A stretch of DNA of 64,000 bases from positions 47,306,001 through 47,370,000 of the forward strand of contig NC_043005.1 of NCBI RefSeq assembly GCF_006345805.1. The letters run 5' to 3'. The notes under the pieces were generated by a model that was given only the letters and a program-made list of their open reading frames with translations, was not told where the DNA came from and did not search any database. A program made the translations under genes and the position numbers. Below are positions 39,130 to 52,189 of the stretch, piece by piece (position 1 is the stretch's first letter; each line of letters opens with the position of its first letter). Origin of the DNA: Octopus sinensis. Lineage: Eukaryota.

Positions 39130-39411
39130 CTGTTGAAATTAATTAGATGAACTTTCCCTTCCATCCATTCATGTTTTGAGTTCAAATTCTGCTGAGGTTA
39201 ACTTTTGCTTTCTTCCTTCTAGAAACAGTAAAATAAAGTATCAGCTAAGTATTTGGGTTGACATAATTGTCAAAAGTTTTCTCTTCAGAAGTGCTGGCTT
39301 TGCATTTAAATTACAAATAATTCTTATTAGGTGCATGGCCCAGTGGTTAGGATTGTTGTGCTCACAATTGCTAGATCGTGGGCTCAATTCCTAGATTGGC
39401 TTTCATGTATT

Positions 39412-40065
39412 CATCATCATCATCATCATCGTTTAATGTCCGTTTTCCACGCTGGCACGGGTTGGACGGTTCGACCGGGGTCTGGGGAGCCAAGGGCTGC
39501 CCCAGGCTCCAGTCTGGTCTGGCAATGCCCTTCCTAATGCCAACCGCTCCGCGAGTGTAGTGGGTGCTTTTTACGTGCCACCTGCACAGGTGCCAGAGGG
39601 GTCTGGCATCGGCCATGATCGGTTGGTGCTTTTTTTATGTGCCACCGGCACAGAAGCCAGTCAAGGCAATGCTGGCATCGGCCACGTTCGGATGGTGCTT
39701 TTTTTATGTGCCACCGGCACAGAAGCCAGTCAAGGCAATGCTGGCATCGGCCACGTTCGGATGGTGCTTTTTATGTGCCACCGGCACAGAAGCCATTCGA
39801 GGCAGGGTTGGCATCGGTCATGTTCGGATGGAGCTTTTTATGTGTCACCGGCACAGGTATCACAACTACTGTTCCCATTGATATTTGGTTCGATGTTCAT
39901 GTACATGCACTTGACTCAACAGGTCTCCTCAAGCACAGCGAGATGTTCTGGGATCCCACACTCGGATGGTGCTTTTTATGTGCCACCGGCACAAGAAGCC
40001 AGTCGGGGCGGTGCTGGCATCGGCCATGTTCGGATTGGCATCGGTCACGTTCGGATGGAGCTCTT
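39412..40065 (-). mobile_element. S3 element with expanded internal 60-69-bp tandem repeats
   Basis: ATGTGCCACCGGCACAG unit at 39637, 39706, 39773 and later copies. Confidence 0.85.
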
Positions 40066-40454
40066 GAACAAAAAATTTCATTTCATGTTGCTCTAATGCT
40101 GTATGGGGACCAGCATGTCAAAGAATAGACCCCATGTTTCCTCTATATGTTGTAAAAAGTCACTAAAAGAAGTTGAAATAGGATTTGCAGTCTGACCTCA
40201 TAAAACCCTCACCAGCAATGACTAGCCAAACGGATCCATAGGTTAGAGGGTTGTTGTCTGAATGCTGCAAAGGTGTCATCCACCAGGAATAAGGAATCAC
40301 CAACATCAGTGGCATGTTGATGCAGCACAAGATCAGACTCGAGATTAATTTGAATCTCAGAATTGTTTCCCTTATTTCTCTCAATAACGAAAGTTTGTGA
40401 TTTTTACAAAACTATAAATGTAATTTTAATAACTTAAAAGAATTTTCTACTCAC

Positions 40455-40494
40455 CTCACAAATCATATTAGTTCCCAACTTAAGTGTTGTGTAC
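40455..40494 (-). CDS. Candidate 40-nt internal exon of an unidentified gene
   Basis: Acceptor CTAACTACAG, donor GAG|GTGAGT; only open frame YTTLKLGTNMICE, phase 2 to 0. Confidence 0.4.
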
Positions 40495-41520
40495 CTGTAG
40501 TTAGCAATACTTAACTTTAGTAAGATTTGTCTGATACTGCAAAGCACTAAGAGTTATTATCACTGTCTAATTCTTATTACCATTGTATTAAATCTACATA
40601 TAGTTGAATGAAGAAATCGCCATGTTGTTATTTAAACTGCTAGAAATAGCAGCAAAATCTCTGAAAAATCATGCCTTTACTGTCTTAAAAAAATTTAATG
40701 AACATTGGATACTATAGGCTGGTTTGAAGCAAAATAATAAAAATACTAACTAAAAGCAGCAACAGCAACAATAATTCTTAACATCTTGCCAAAATTTTTC
40801 TGGATCAAAAGCCCAGTCCAGTAGTATTTCTGTTACAAAACTGAAATGATGGATAGAAGAAGGGTTCTTTACATTAGGGAGTTTCTCTCTTCCTTCAAAA
40901 TAAATGTAAGCAAGGTTAGTATGATTTTGTGATATTGTATGTTTCAGGACTGCTAACAAGTACATTTTCATACAATACTGTCTAACAGGAAGATAAGTGT
41001 TAAAAAAAATAGTTTCTGACATTTCAAGCAAGTCCCTTCATTGATGAACTAAGCTTCCTTCCAATATTTAATTAATGGTTATTTTTGGCAATGCAACAAA
41101 TTACAAGTTTCTTTGAACTCAAGATTTTTGCTAAATAACCCAGCTTTTAAACCAATCATAAATATACCAGCATTCTGCCTATTTTGTGTTCAAACTGACC
41201 ACAGACTGTCACAACTACCCTTCAATGTTAATATAAAAATAAACAATCACATCTCCAAAATCTTAAAACTATGAGATAATAATGCATGATTAATTCAAAA
41301 CAATGTGAATAAAGACAAGCACAATATTTGACAGAGTAATCTGAATGCTAAATTGTTGTTTTATTCATTTCTTATTTCATTCATAATTTCTTTATTTGAC
41401 TTGTAAAAGATTTACTTTAGTGATCTCGTTAATACTGAGCATCATCAGCTTGACTGTAGTCAATAGTAATTAAACAATGATCTAGCTACTGCATATCTTA
41501 GATTGCTAGCTCTGACTAAT

Positions 41521-42045
41521 TGTTGTGTGGACGCCCCCAGACGATGAAGTAGGCTAGCCCAATAGGTAGGTATAGAGGGAGAAGTCTAGACGCCGAGAGT
41601 TGAGTAGAGGTCATCGGAACGTGTGATATAACTGTGGCAACGAGGATGAGATGTCATGTCTCGCTTCAAAAATATGACACAGAAGGCATTTAAACCAATT
41701 AAAAAAAGATATACCAATTACCAAGAGAGGCTAGAAGAACCAACGGATTTATGGTATGATTTGTTCGAGGTTCCAGAACCACAAGCAAGAGCAGAACCGA
41801 CACGTATGTCAAACAGGAAGAGAAAACCTACAGAAATGATGGAAATTAATGCTAAGAGAAAAAGATATGCCAGTTTCTCACCGAGGAAATAAAATTGATA
41901 AATTCGGGTTTAAAAAACTCAAAAGGGGGAGGTGTTGTGTGGATGCCCCCAGACGATGAAGTACGCTAGCCCAATATGTAGATATAGAGGGAGGAGTCTA
42001 GATGTCAAGAGTTCAGTAGAGGTCATCGGAACGTGCGATTTAATA
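41521..42045 (+). mobile_element. Complete TRIM-like LTR retroelement (525 bp)
   Basis: LTRs 41521-41633 and 41933-42045 (113 bp each, TG start, 13 differences); PBS TGGCAACGAGGATGAGAT at 41635-41652; PPT AAAAGGGGGAGG at 41921-41932; TSD CTAAT at 41516-41520 and 42046-42050. Confidence 0.9.
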
Positions 42046-42050
42046 CTAAT

Positions 42051-42285
42051 GTTAGTTAATGCTGGTTTCAAATTTTGGCACAAGGCCAGCAATTTCAGGA
42101 GAAATGAGCGAGTCAATTACATTCATCCCAGTGCTCAAATGGTACTTCTTTTATTGATTCCCCCCCAATGGATGCAGGGCAAAATCTTTCTGAATGGAAT
42201 TTGAACTCAGAACTTAAGGGTGAATGAAATGCTGCAAAGCATTTTGCCTGGAGGACTAAAGATTTTGTCAGCTCACTTCCTTAAC
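42051..42285 (-). mobile_element. S2 SINE
   Basis: Reverse complement of the S2 body (GAATTTGAACTCAGAAC). Confidence 0.75.
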
Positions 42286-42526
42286 ATTAGTTATTGACAA
42301 TGTTGTTGTTGGAAGTGGAGATGTTTAACTTCAGTAAACATTGATTGCTCAGAAGTAAGATCAAAAGCAATGCACACAGACCATTTTATGTTTTACTCAT
42401 ACATAGTGTATCCACAATGGCATTATCCAAAGGGCTCCTTCATTAGTTTTGTACTGTAATTTTTGAAGGGTAGAGTGTTGTGATTTTTATGTAGAAAGGC
42501 TTTCTGATGTATTCTATTGTTTTCAG

Positions 42527-42624
42527 ATACAGTCATTCGATTACCTAAAGCAGCCATGGAATTTGAAACTGTTTCATCTGACCTTGTGCATTTAAATTAT
42601 AAAAAAGTGTTATTAGAATATTAA
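42527..42624 (+). CDS. Candidate terminal exon of an unidentified gene
   Basis: Acceptor ATTCTATTGTTTTCAG; TVIRLPKAAMEFETVSSDLVHLNYKKVLLEY*; no homology recognised. Confidence 0.25.
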
Positions 42625-43099
42625 ATGGAAAGTAAAAATGAGTGAAATCAATATTAATCAGATGAATATATTGGTTCATTTGTTTAAATATGTAGACTCT
42701 TCTTTTGTTTGAATATGTGGACTTGAATTGGATATCAATAGCACATATTTGTATCTTATTGAATAAGTATAAATTAAGGTGTATATTGTTTTCAAGAGCT
42801 GGTCAAATTGTAAGCCAATAAAAGCCCAAGTTCACTGCTTTCTTTTTCAAAATGTCAGTATACTTCATAGAGTGAGATTTGAGAAACATACGGCTGCTAT
42901 TTCTAACAGCTTCAGCGACTTCATAGAAGCTTCCTTGAAGGCTTGTTTAATAGATATTGCATATTTTTGAACAAGAGTTAACATGGTTTACTGGTAGTTA
43001 ACAGTGGCCTTGATTAATGTTCAACATTTGTCTAATTGAAGCAGAGATGATATAAATTTAAACAAGCAGGAAAAAAATTAGTCATATCGTAATGGTAAT

Positions 43100-43385
43100 G
43101 ATGAAAAATATCATGGTGATGACAGCAACAGCAACAACAACAGCAACAACAAAGCTGTGATGGAAATAGTGACAACAATGATGTTAATGATGATGATGAT
43201 GATGATGATGACAATAATGATGATGACGACTACAACAAAGGCAATGGCAATGATGATGAGGATGATGATGACAACCGCAATGATGATGATGATAACTATG
43301 TTGCAAGTGATGGTGATGATGATGATGATGACAATGATGATGGTGGTGGTGGTGGTGGTGGTGGTGATGAAAGTAATAACATGGT
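43100..43385. repeat. Compound (CAA)/(GAT)/(GGT) trinucleotide array
   Basis: Direct reading. Confidence 0.95.
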
Positions 43386-43587
43386 ATGGATTAGAATGGT
43401 GAGTGTAAGAAGGAGCAGGCAAAAGAAAAAGAATGAAGAGGGAAGGTCAAGGCTAAATCAGAGGAGATATTTCTGTTAATGGACTGAAAGTGTTTATGCA
43501 ATTTATGGTTCCAATGATTTAACTTACCATGTGTCCACTGGTGAAATTTTTCCTGAAATATCAGATCTTTATATAAATATATGTATA

Positions 43588-43920
43588 GGCACAGGCATGG
43601 CTGTGTGGTAAAAAATTTGCTTCCCAACCACATGGTTCTAGGTTCAATCACCCTATGTGTGGCCCCTTTGTTCAAGTGTCTTTTCCTATAGCCTCAGGCT
43701 GACCAAAGTGGACTGGTATATGGAGACTAAAAGAATCTGTGTGCGTGTGTGTGTGTGTGCACTGGCCCTTCTTTCAGTTTCTGTCTTCCAAAGACTCTTA
43801 GAAGGCTTCAATTGGAATGAGGCTATGGTAGAAGATACTTGCCCAAGGTTTCACGCAGTGAGACTGAACCTGGGACCATGTCACCAGGAAACAAACTTCT
43901 TACCACACTGCCATGCCCGC
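43588..43920. mobile_element. Two S1 5' halves in opposite orientation
   Basis: Plus head at 43588-43740; minus head at 43765-43920. Confidence 0.75.
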
Positions 43921-44325
43921 ATCTGTGCATGTAAATTTTTTTTAAGTATGGATTAAAATATGTGTGTATGTACATGCATAGATACATACACACACACATG
44001 CTCGCACACACACACACATACACACACACAAACATATAAATATATGAACATGTATATATCATCATCATTGTAGTCATTGTTTAATGCCCGCTTTTCATGC
44101 TGGCATGGTTTGACTGAGAACTAACAAACCAGGAGGCTGCACCAGGCTCCAGTCTGATTTCTACAGCTGGATGCCATTCCTAACACCAACCATTCTGAAG
44201 GTGTGGTAGGTACTTTTTACATGCCACCAGCATGGGTGCCAGTCAGGAGACACTGGCATTGGCCACACTCAAATGGTGTTTTTTATGAGCCATTAGCACA
44301 AGTGCCAGTCTCCACTTCATTACAT

Positions 44326-44358
<33 letters not shown>

Positions 44359-44739
44359 AATCTGCATATACATAGTACAACCCTTGTTCGTATGAAAGAC
44401 AGATGTTACATGATGATCCTGAAGATGATATATATTTATGATATATGATATAATTAAATATATGTATATATAATATATTTACATAAACACACACATATAT
44501 ATATATATATATACAAATATGTATACAGTTTATTATTAATATATATTAATATATATATAGATAAATGTGTATCAATCATCATCATCATCATCATCATCGT
44601 TTAACGTCCACTTTCCATGTTTGACTGAGGTCTGGCGAACCAGATGGCTGCACCAGACTCCAGTCTGATCTGGCAGAGTTTCTACAGCTGGATGCCCTTA
44701 TATACATATAATATATAATATATATATAATATATATATG

Positions 44740-44770
<31 letters not shown>

Positions 44771-44782
44771 ATACATATGTAA

Positions 44783-44824
<42 letters not shown>

Positions 44825-45074
44825 CATACTTATGTAAATATAATATATATGTATATATACATACATATATAAATATAATATTTATATACATATCTTAACA
44901 TATATATATATGTTTATATATATATATATATATATATATCTATATATATATATATATATATGTTTATATATATAAGTATATATATGTTTATATAATAATA
45001 AAGTGTAAAATCATAAATGAATTTTACCAAGTGGTCAAGCATGGAAATAAAACCTTGTAGGTAAATTAATATGA

Positions 45075-45388
45075 ATATTTTATAATTATATATGTAATCA
45101 TAACAAGGGCTTGTCTTGTGCCTCACCACGCACTGAAACTAGACGTCAAAAGGCACTATTGCCACCATAAATTCTCCGAGGAGATGTTTTGGGCCTGAAA
45201 CACAATCATGTACACAGTTAACCAAAGTTTGTAATTTAATTTCCTTCTTCTACTAGTCTATACGTAGTGTGTTTTTCTTGGAGAATTTATGGTGGTAATA
45301 GTGTCTTTTGACGTCTATTTTTCAGTGCATGCTGAGGCACAAGCCAAGCTCTTGTTATAATTATATATCTAATTATAAAATATTTATA
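45075..45388. mobile_element. MITE/foldback element with ~105-bp TIRs inside (TA)n
   Basis: About 45075-45182 is the approximate reverse complement of about 45277-45388. Confidence 0.8.
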
Positions 45389-45538
45389 TATGTTTATATA
45401 TATATAAATATATATATATAAGTAAATATGTTTATATATATACATATATACATACGTATATATACATATATATATATGTTTATATTATATATATGTGTGT
45501 GTGTGTGTGTGTTCTACATTTATTTGCGGTGTCCTGTA

Positions 45539-45604
<66 letters not shown>

Positions 45605-45769
45605 GATGTAGGTATGTACATATATGTATGTATGCATATGTTTTATTTATTAAATTGTTATATATATATATATACATATATACATATAAATATATAACTA
45701 TATACACACACCCACATATATATATATATATATATACACATACATATATACTCATTTATACATACATGC

Positions 45770-45821
<52 letters not shown>

Positions 45822-46074
45822 CATATATATATGTGTAAATATGTATATTTATTAAAATATATATACTAATATTTGTATAAGAGTGTTTGTGTCTGTGTGT
45901 ATGTGTGTACAACATATTTAAACATGTTCAATCTTTTATCTTTTAATTTTTTTTGTATTTATAGATATGCACATATATATAAATATATGAATATATTTGT
46001 TCTTTATACATATGTTTCTTGTAAGCCGAACTAGGGAAAAATATATTATGTCTATTTGTCTGGCCATATATCCC

Positions 46075-46105
<31 letters not shown>

Positions 46106-46118
46106 TCCTTCTTTCTAA

Positions 46119-46150
<32 letters not shown>

Positions 46151-46684
46151 GTCTGTCATTTCCTCTCTCTCTCTCTCCCTTTGTCTGTATATATGTGTGT
46201 GTATGTGTGTTTGTGTGTGTGAGTGAGTGAATGTGTGTGTGAGAGAGAGAGAGAGAGAGTGTGCAGTGCATAATTACACTTTAAAATGTGTTTAGATAAT
46301 ATTTTTTTTCACACACACCTGAAACAGAACAGACACACATATACACATATGCATGCACATGTAACCTGTATGTGCTTTCAAGAACATATACATCCCTATG
46401 CATATATGTATATGTGTATATACATGCAGGTGAGACAATATTGAATTCACACATGCTGTAGAGAATACTTGCAGCTCCTTCATGGCTGTTGCTACACTCT
46501 ATTATGTAACAATTATTGGATTTCATTGAAATTTTCATTTATTAAAGCAAGGGAAATAATCACCTCACAGTAAATGCAAAATGTCAAACTGTAAATAGCC
46601 GCATGTGTACAAATATTCTATAAATATAATTTCTTGTCTTTCTCAGATATTTTAATTTTATTTTTTATCATTTTTCATATACTC

Positions 46685-46950
46685 ATTTCAGTCGTTAGAC
46701 TGTGGCCATGCTGGAGCACCAGCTTGGAGAATTTTTGAGTCTAATGAATTGGCCCCCACTACTCTTTTACTCTTATCAGTCATTTGACTGCGACCATGCT
46801 GGAGCACTGCCTTTAGTCGAACAAATCGACCCCAGGACTTATTATTTGTAAGCCTAGTACTTATTCTATTGAGGTCATTTGCCAAACCGCTAAGTTACAG
46901 GTATATAAACACACCAGCATCGGTTGTCAAGCGATGGTGTGGGGACAAAC
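46685..46950 (-). mobile_element. S1 SINE 3' parts (duplicated tail)
   Basis: Two reverse S1 tails followed by the body. Confidence 0.75.
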
Positions 46951-46961
46951 ACAGACCCCCA

Positions 46962-46992
<31 letters not shown>

Positions 46993-47029
46993 ATATTATT
47001 CATGAGCTATTAGAATCTTATATATATAT

Positions 47030-47280
47030 ACCATTCTGCCTAAAAAATTGATCTACAACTTCAATATCCCTACATATCCAATCTATTTTCTTTCCTCTAC
47101 CTCACTCTCTATTTTGTATCCTATCTAAATTAAATATTACTTAACCATCTTCTCACACCATCCCTGATGAAGGGATATAATTAATAAATATCCTGGAAAC
47201 AGCTGTAAGACCTTCTATCTATAAATGTTCTAATATCTAAACAGCCTTGGATTTTTTATCTCATTACACAAAGAATTCTT
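47030..47280 (+). mobile_element. Penelope-like pLTR fragment with hammerhead, family D
   Basis: Inserted between (TA)n tracts; CTGATGA..GAAA-CAGCTGTA motif. Confidence 0.55.
47161..47212 (+). ncRNA. Type I hammerhead ribozyme relic with canonical core
   Basis: CTGATGA 47164-47170; stem II GGATAT/ATATCC; GAAA 47196-47199; palindromic ACAGCTGT; GUA site; stem I poorly paired. Confidence 0.55.
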
Positions 47281-48481
47281 ATATATGTATATATATATAT
47301 ATAAAAATATAAGGTGCCATGCAGTGGGACTGAACCCGGACCAATGTGGCTGGTAAGCAAGCTACTTACCACACAGCCACTCCTGCACCTATATCAATCT
47401 TTTTTTTTAAGCCTGGTACTTATTCTATCGGTCACTTTTTGCTGACCCATGTTATTGAGACATAAACTCACCAACACCAGTTGTCAAGTGGTGATGGGTG
47501 GGGAGCTAACACACACATGCATGCATGTACATACATTCTTTTATTTATTTATTCTTTTACTTGTTTCAGCTAGATCAGATTGGAGACTGGTGCAGCCATC
47601 TTATTTTGCCAGTCCTCAGTAAAACCGTCCAACCCATGATAGCATGGAAAGCAGACGTTAAACAATGATGATGAAGATGATGACACTTACACATATATGT
47701 TTATGTGTACGTATATACACACAAACATAAACACACATTCATATACACATACATGTGCACAAACACATACAGTGTGTGTGGGTGGGTGTGTATGTAATTT
47801 TTGGAAACTGAGGAAGCTATGAGTTGATGCATAAGCATTCATCTCTTAGGGTACTGCATTTATAGTTGAAACAGATGTAAACTAATGAAGTTTATTGCAT
47901 AATTTCATGTTCCTTTGGCATATATTTCATTTTATATTATGCATATATATATTTAAAATTAGAGTCCATAGAGTACAGATCAGAATGGAACAAATACTAT
48001 ACGGTACCCTATCCAAAGCTCTAAAGAATCTTTAGATTTTCCACCCTCATCAATGTCAGCATGGCTTTTCATCTTTCAAAGGTTAATATAAAATACCAAT
48101 TCCTGGATGTGGGACAGGCCTGATAAAGGAATAATCAACTTTCATTATGGTATCTGTTCCAAGAATTTGTATTCTGATAGCAACACCTGCGTTAACACTG
48201 ATGCCAAGCTGTATAGCCTCAGGTGAGTGGCTTTTCTCTTAGATAAGCATTTGTGGGTATGGAGAAGGGGTACTTAAATACATGGGAATTTGCTGGCCTT
48301 TCTCAAAACTAAAATCATGCCCAGACTTAAACATATCTCTGCATGGCATGGTCAACATTCCCTAATGGAGTCTCAGACATATAATGCATACGTAAGTTAA
48401 TGATGACGATGATAAATACACACACACAAACATTATATATATATTATATATAATTTCTTTTATTTGTTTCAGTCATTTGAC

Positions 48482-48581
48482 NNNNNNNNNNNNNNNNNNN
48501 NNNNNNNNNNNNNNNNNNNNNNNNNNNNNNNNNNNNNNNNNNNNNNNNNNNNNNNNNNNNNNNNNNNNNNNNNNNNNNNNN
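48482..48581. other. Assembly gap (100 N)
   Basis: Run of N. Confidence 1.
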
Positions 48582-49149
48582 TATATATATATATATATAT
48601 ACACATACATTCATACGTACATCTGTGAGTGTGTGTGTGAGTTGTTATTCAAAAATATAGCTTGATTTCTTTTTTAATGTTTATATGTTTATCTTCTTTA
48701 AATTCAAGTTATATTTCATGATATAATTGAACTACTGATCTAAACCTGATTTTTTTTTTGTTTATATCAAGCTTTGTATAAAACCATGAATGAAAAAAGA
48801 GCAAGTCGTTTAGTTCTATAATTACAATGCTTTTGTTTGTGTATGTGTGAGTGTGTGCGTGCATGTGTATGCCCACGCACACACATACATATATGTTTAT
48901 AATTATATATTTGTATGTATCTATATTATATACACTAGGCAAATATATATATGTATATAGTTACAGTGTGTATATATATACATATACATATATATATATA
49001 TATTTGTGTATATATATATATATTATATATATATATATGTATATATATATATGTATATATGTATGTATGTATATAGTTTTGTATGTATACAGTTACTGTG
49101 TATGTATATATATATTTATATATATTCACACACACACATATGTACATCT

Positions 49150-49366
49150 CTTTTACTCTTTTAGTTGTTTCAGTCATTTGACTGTCGCCATGCTGGAGCA
49201 CTGCCTTTAGTTGAGCAAATTGACCCTAGGACTTATTCTCTGTAAGCCTAATACTTATTCTATCAGTGTTTTTTGCCGAACCACTAAGTTACGGGGATAT
49301 AAGCACACCAGCATCGGTTGTCAAGCAATGTTGGGGGGACAAACATATACGCACACATACTTATAT

Positions 49367-49399
<33 letters not shown>

Positions 49400-49690
49400 G
49401 TTTAGCGTCCGTTTTCCATGCTAGCATGGGTTGGACGGTTCTACTGGGGTCTGTGAAGCCAGAAGGCTTCATCAGGCCCAGTCAAATCTGGCAGGGTTTC
49501 TACGGCTGGATATATATACATATATATATTGATGGGCTTCTTTCAGTTTCCATTTACCAAATCCACTCACAAGGCTTTGGCCGGCCTGAAGCTATAGTAG
49601 AAGACACCTGTCCAAGGTGCCACGCAGTGGGACTGAACCTAGAACCATGTGTTTCATAAGCAAGTTACTTACCACACAGCCACTCCTACG
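49150..49690 (-). mobile_element. S1 SINE interrupted by an S3 fragment (49365-49510)
   Basis: Reverse S1 tail, then (CAT)n-S3, then reverse S1 head. Confidence 0.8.
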
Positions 49691-49826
49691 CTTATGTATA
49701 CATATATATGTATATGTATATACATATCAACACACACACACATAGACATTCATAAATATTCACACACATATCTGTACATATTTATATACATTTACATGTA
49801 TATATGCATATATATGCATATATATG

Positions 49827-49858
<32 letters not shown>

Positions 49859-50914
49859 ACACACATATATATGTATGTATATATATATATGTATGTATGT
49901 ATGTATATATGTATATGTATATATATATATATGTATATATATATAATATATATATATATATAGTGGGGGAGCTATTTTTATACATATACATATATTCATA
50001 CAGACAGACACAAACATTTAATTTCTGTCACATTAATACATATATTCACTTTTCTTACTCCACATCCAGATATAAGCCAATCATTTGTCCATTACTACTA
50101 CATAGAATCCGAAGTTTTATGGTTGAAAACTGCCATAAGCCTTCACAAACATTCTTGCATCCACTCATTCATAAGTTCACACATAGACACTCATCTTCTA
50201 TCCAGCTAGAAACAGTTTTACACTAGAATAGTTTCACACTCATATCTGTATGCATCATATCTCCAGTACATGCTTCTCTCACATACCACTATATTTGTTC
50301 ATCATAACTCATATTCAATAATCAAACTGGCCAGTTTGTTCACGCATACACATACACATGCAAATATGCATGTGCTAGATCTCCTACATGCATACATCGA
50401 TACATAAACTAATAGTCTACTTATATATATATATAGTTGTAAATGTCACATACACTCACACACACACACACACACACTCTTTCTCTCTCACTCGCTCTCT
50501 CATTTTATTACATACACATTGAATAATCAAGTTAACCTCACTGCCATTACTATAAACCTCTCTATATGCTTAAGCATCTGCAGCACACAAATACATACAT
50601 ATACAGACGCAAACACTGTCGTATATGCATATACACAATCTCACGCATCAGTTCATGTCACACATAGCAGATTTACAGCTGTGTTGCAACAAGCACTCAA
50701 AACCCTCAATGCCAATATGCCATTCATTAATAGACTATGTAATAGACAGTGTTATAAAGTCGTGGTAGTATCCTAAATTGTCTTCAGTAGGAAGCTGAAA
50801 GTTATTATGAAGATGTAATCGTAACACAAGCAGAGTATCATCATGCTATATACACATATATGTGTAGTGTGTACATGTGCATATGTACACTCACACACAT
50901 ATATTTGTGCATGC

Positions 50915-50955
<41 letters not shown>

Positions 50956-50964
50956 TATATATAC

Positions 50965-51009
<45 letters not shown>

Positions 51010-51570
51010 TAGATATATATAGACATATATATGCACAAAGATACACACACACACATTTATACATGACTGAGTGGACAAACGAAAGAAAGGGGCACTCAAC
51101 ACATTTACTGTTTTAAATAGTATGTATGCATGTATATGTGTGTGTGTGTTGTGTGTGTGTGTATGCATGTATGTATATATATATGTATGTACTTTGGCAC
51201 CAAGTATGTCATTTTATTTTACAGAGACCTAAATATGAGTTGCTAATAATATTTTTGGTATAATGTGCTAGGATATCTATAAACACAGATATTAGCAAAC
51301 ACATACAAATCTACGTATATCATCTTTTATAACATTTTTTATCAATAAGAAAATGCAAAATCAACACACATGTAAAGTATACAGAAAAATCTACACACAG
51401 ATAGCCACTGGCTTGTATGGTAAGAAGCCTGCTTCCAGACTACATGGTTCTGGGTTCAGTCTCACTGTGTGATACCTTGAGCAAGAGTGGGCAAGAGTTT
51501 TCTGTTATAGTCATAGGCCAACCAAAGCAATGTGAGTGGATTTGTTATAAAGAAACTGAAAGAAGCCTGT

Positions 51571-51608
<38 letters not shown>

Positions 51609-51639
51609 AGCTTAGAGAAGAAGAAGAAACGAAACGAAA

Positions 51640-52160
51640 AGAATCGAATCGATGCGAGGGCACTCAGTCATACAATAGTGTAATAAATAAAATATATGCA
51701 TACATACAAACATATATGTACGTACCTACATTTACATGTATATATACATGCATATATAAATATATATACGTGTGTACAGGACACCACAAATAGACGTAGA
51801 ACTCAACAAGAAACGAAAAAGTAAAAACAGCATGGAACAGAACATTTTTTTAACAATGCAAAAACAGAGTACAAGACAACTACACAAGGAAAAATCCCCT
51901 TCATTAGCTGTCCCGAGTTCAACTCCAGCATGTTTCGAAGGTGAGGACAGAACACGTCTCGTCGAACTAGTCCTTCTTGCGAAAGAATTAAATACAATTC
52001 CTTTGCAGAGGGGTAAAAACAAGGAAAAAAATGTGACAAAAACAGGACGTAAAAACAATACAATTAAAAACAAATACAAAATAAAAATATAATTACAAAA
52101 AATACAGTACAAGAAGGAATAGAAACAGGACAGGAAAACAAATAATGAGGGCCTATAAGC
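51640..52160. mobile_element. Probable Penelope-like terminal fragment in (TA)n
   Basis: Same general layout as 8330-8640; assignment by resemblance only. Confidence 0.35.
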
Positions 52161-52189
52161 TTAGACGAGGAAAAAAATTTTATATACAT

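Noticed and set aside
39560-40065. CRISPR-like regular repeats
   Set aside because: The units are contiguous tandem copies with no unique spacers, inside a eukaryotic retroposon; no cas genes are present.
48181-48222. Candidate exon with CAG|GTGAGT donor
   Set aside because: Two frames are open, the acceptor is weak, and the region looks like a decayed LINE on the opposite strand.
48477-48665. ORF with a run of X
   Set aside because: It spans the N gap.
51925-51995. Possible hammerhead on the minus strand (CCTTCGAAACATG)
   Set aside because: No CUGANGA-like core at the required position; too degenerate to call.
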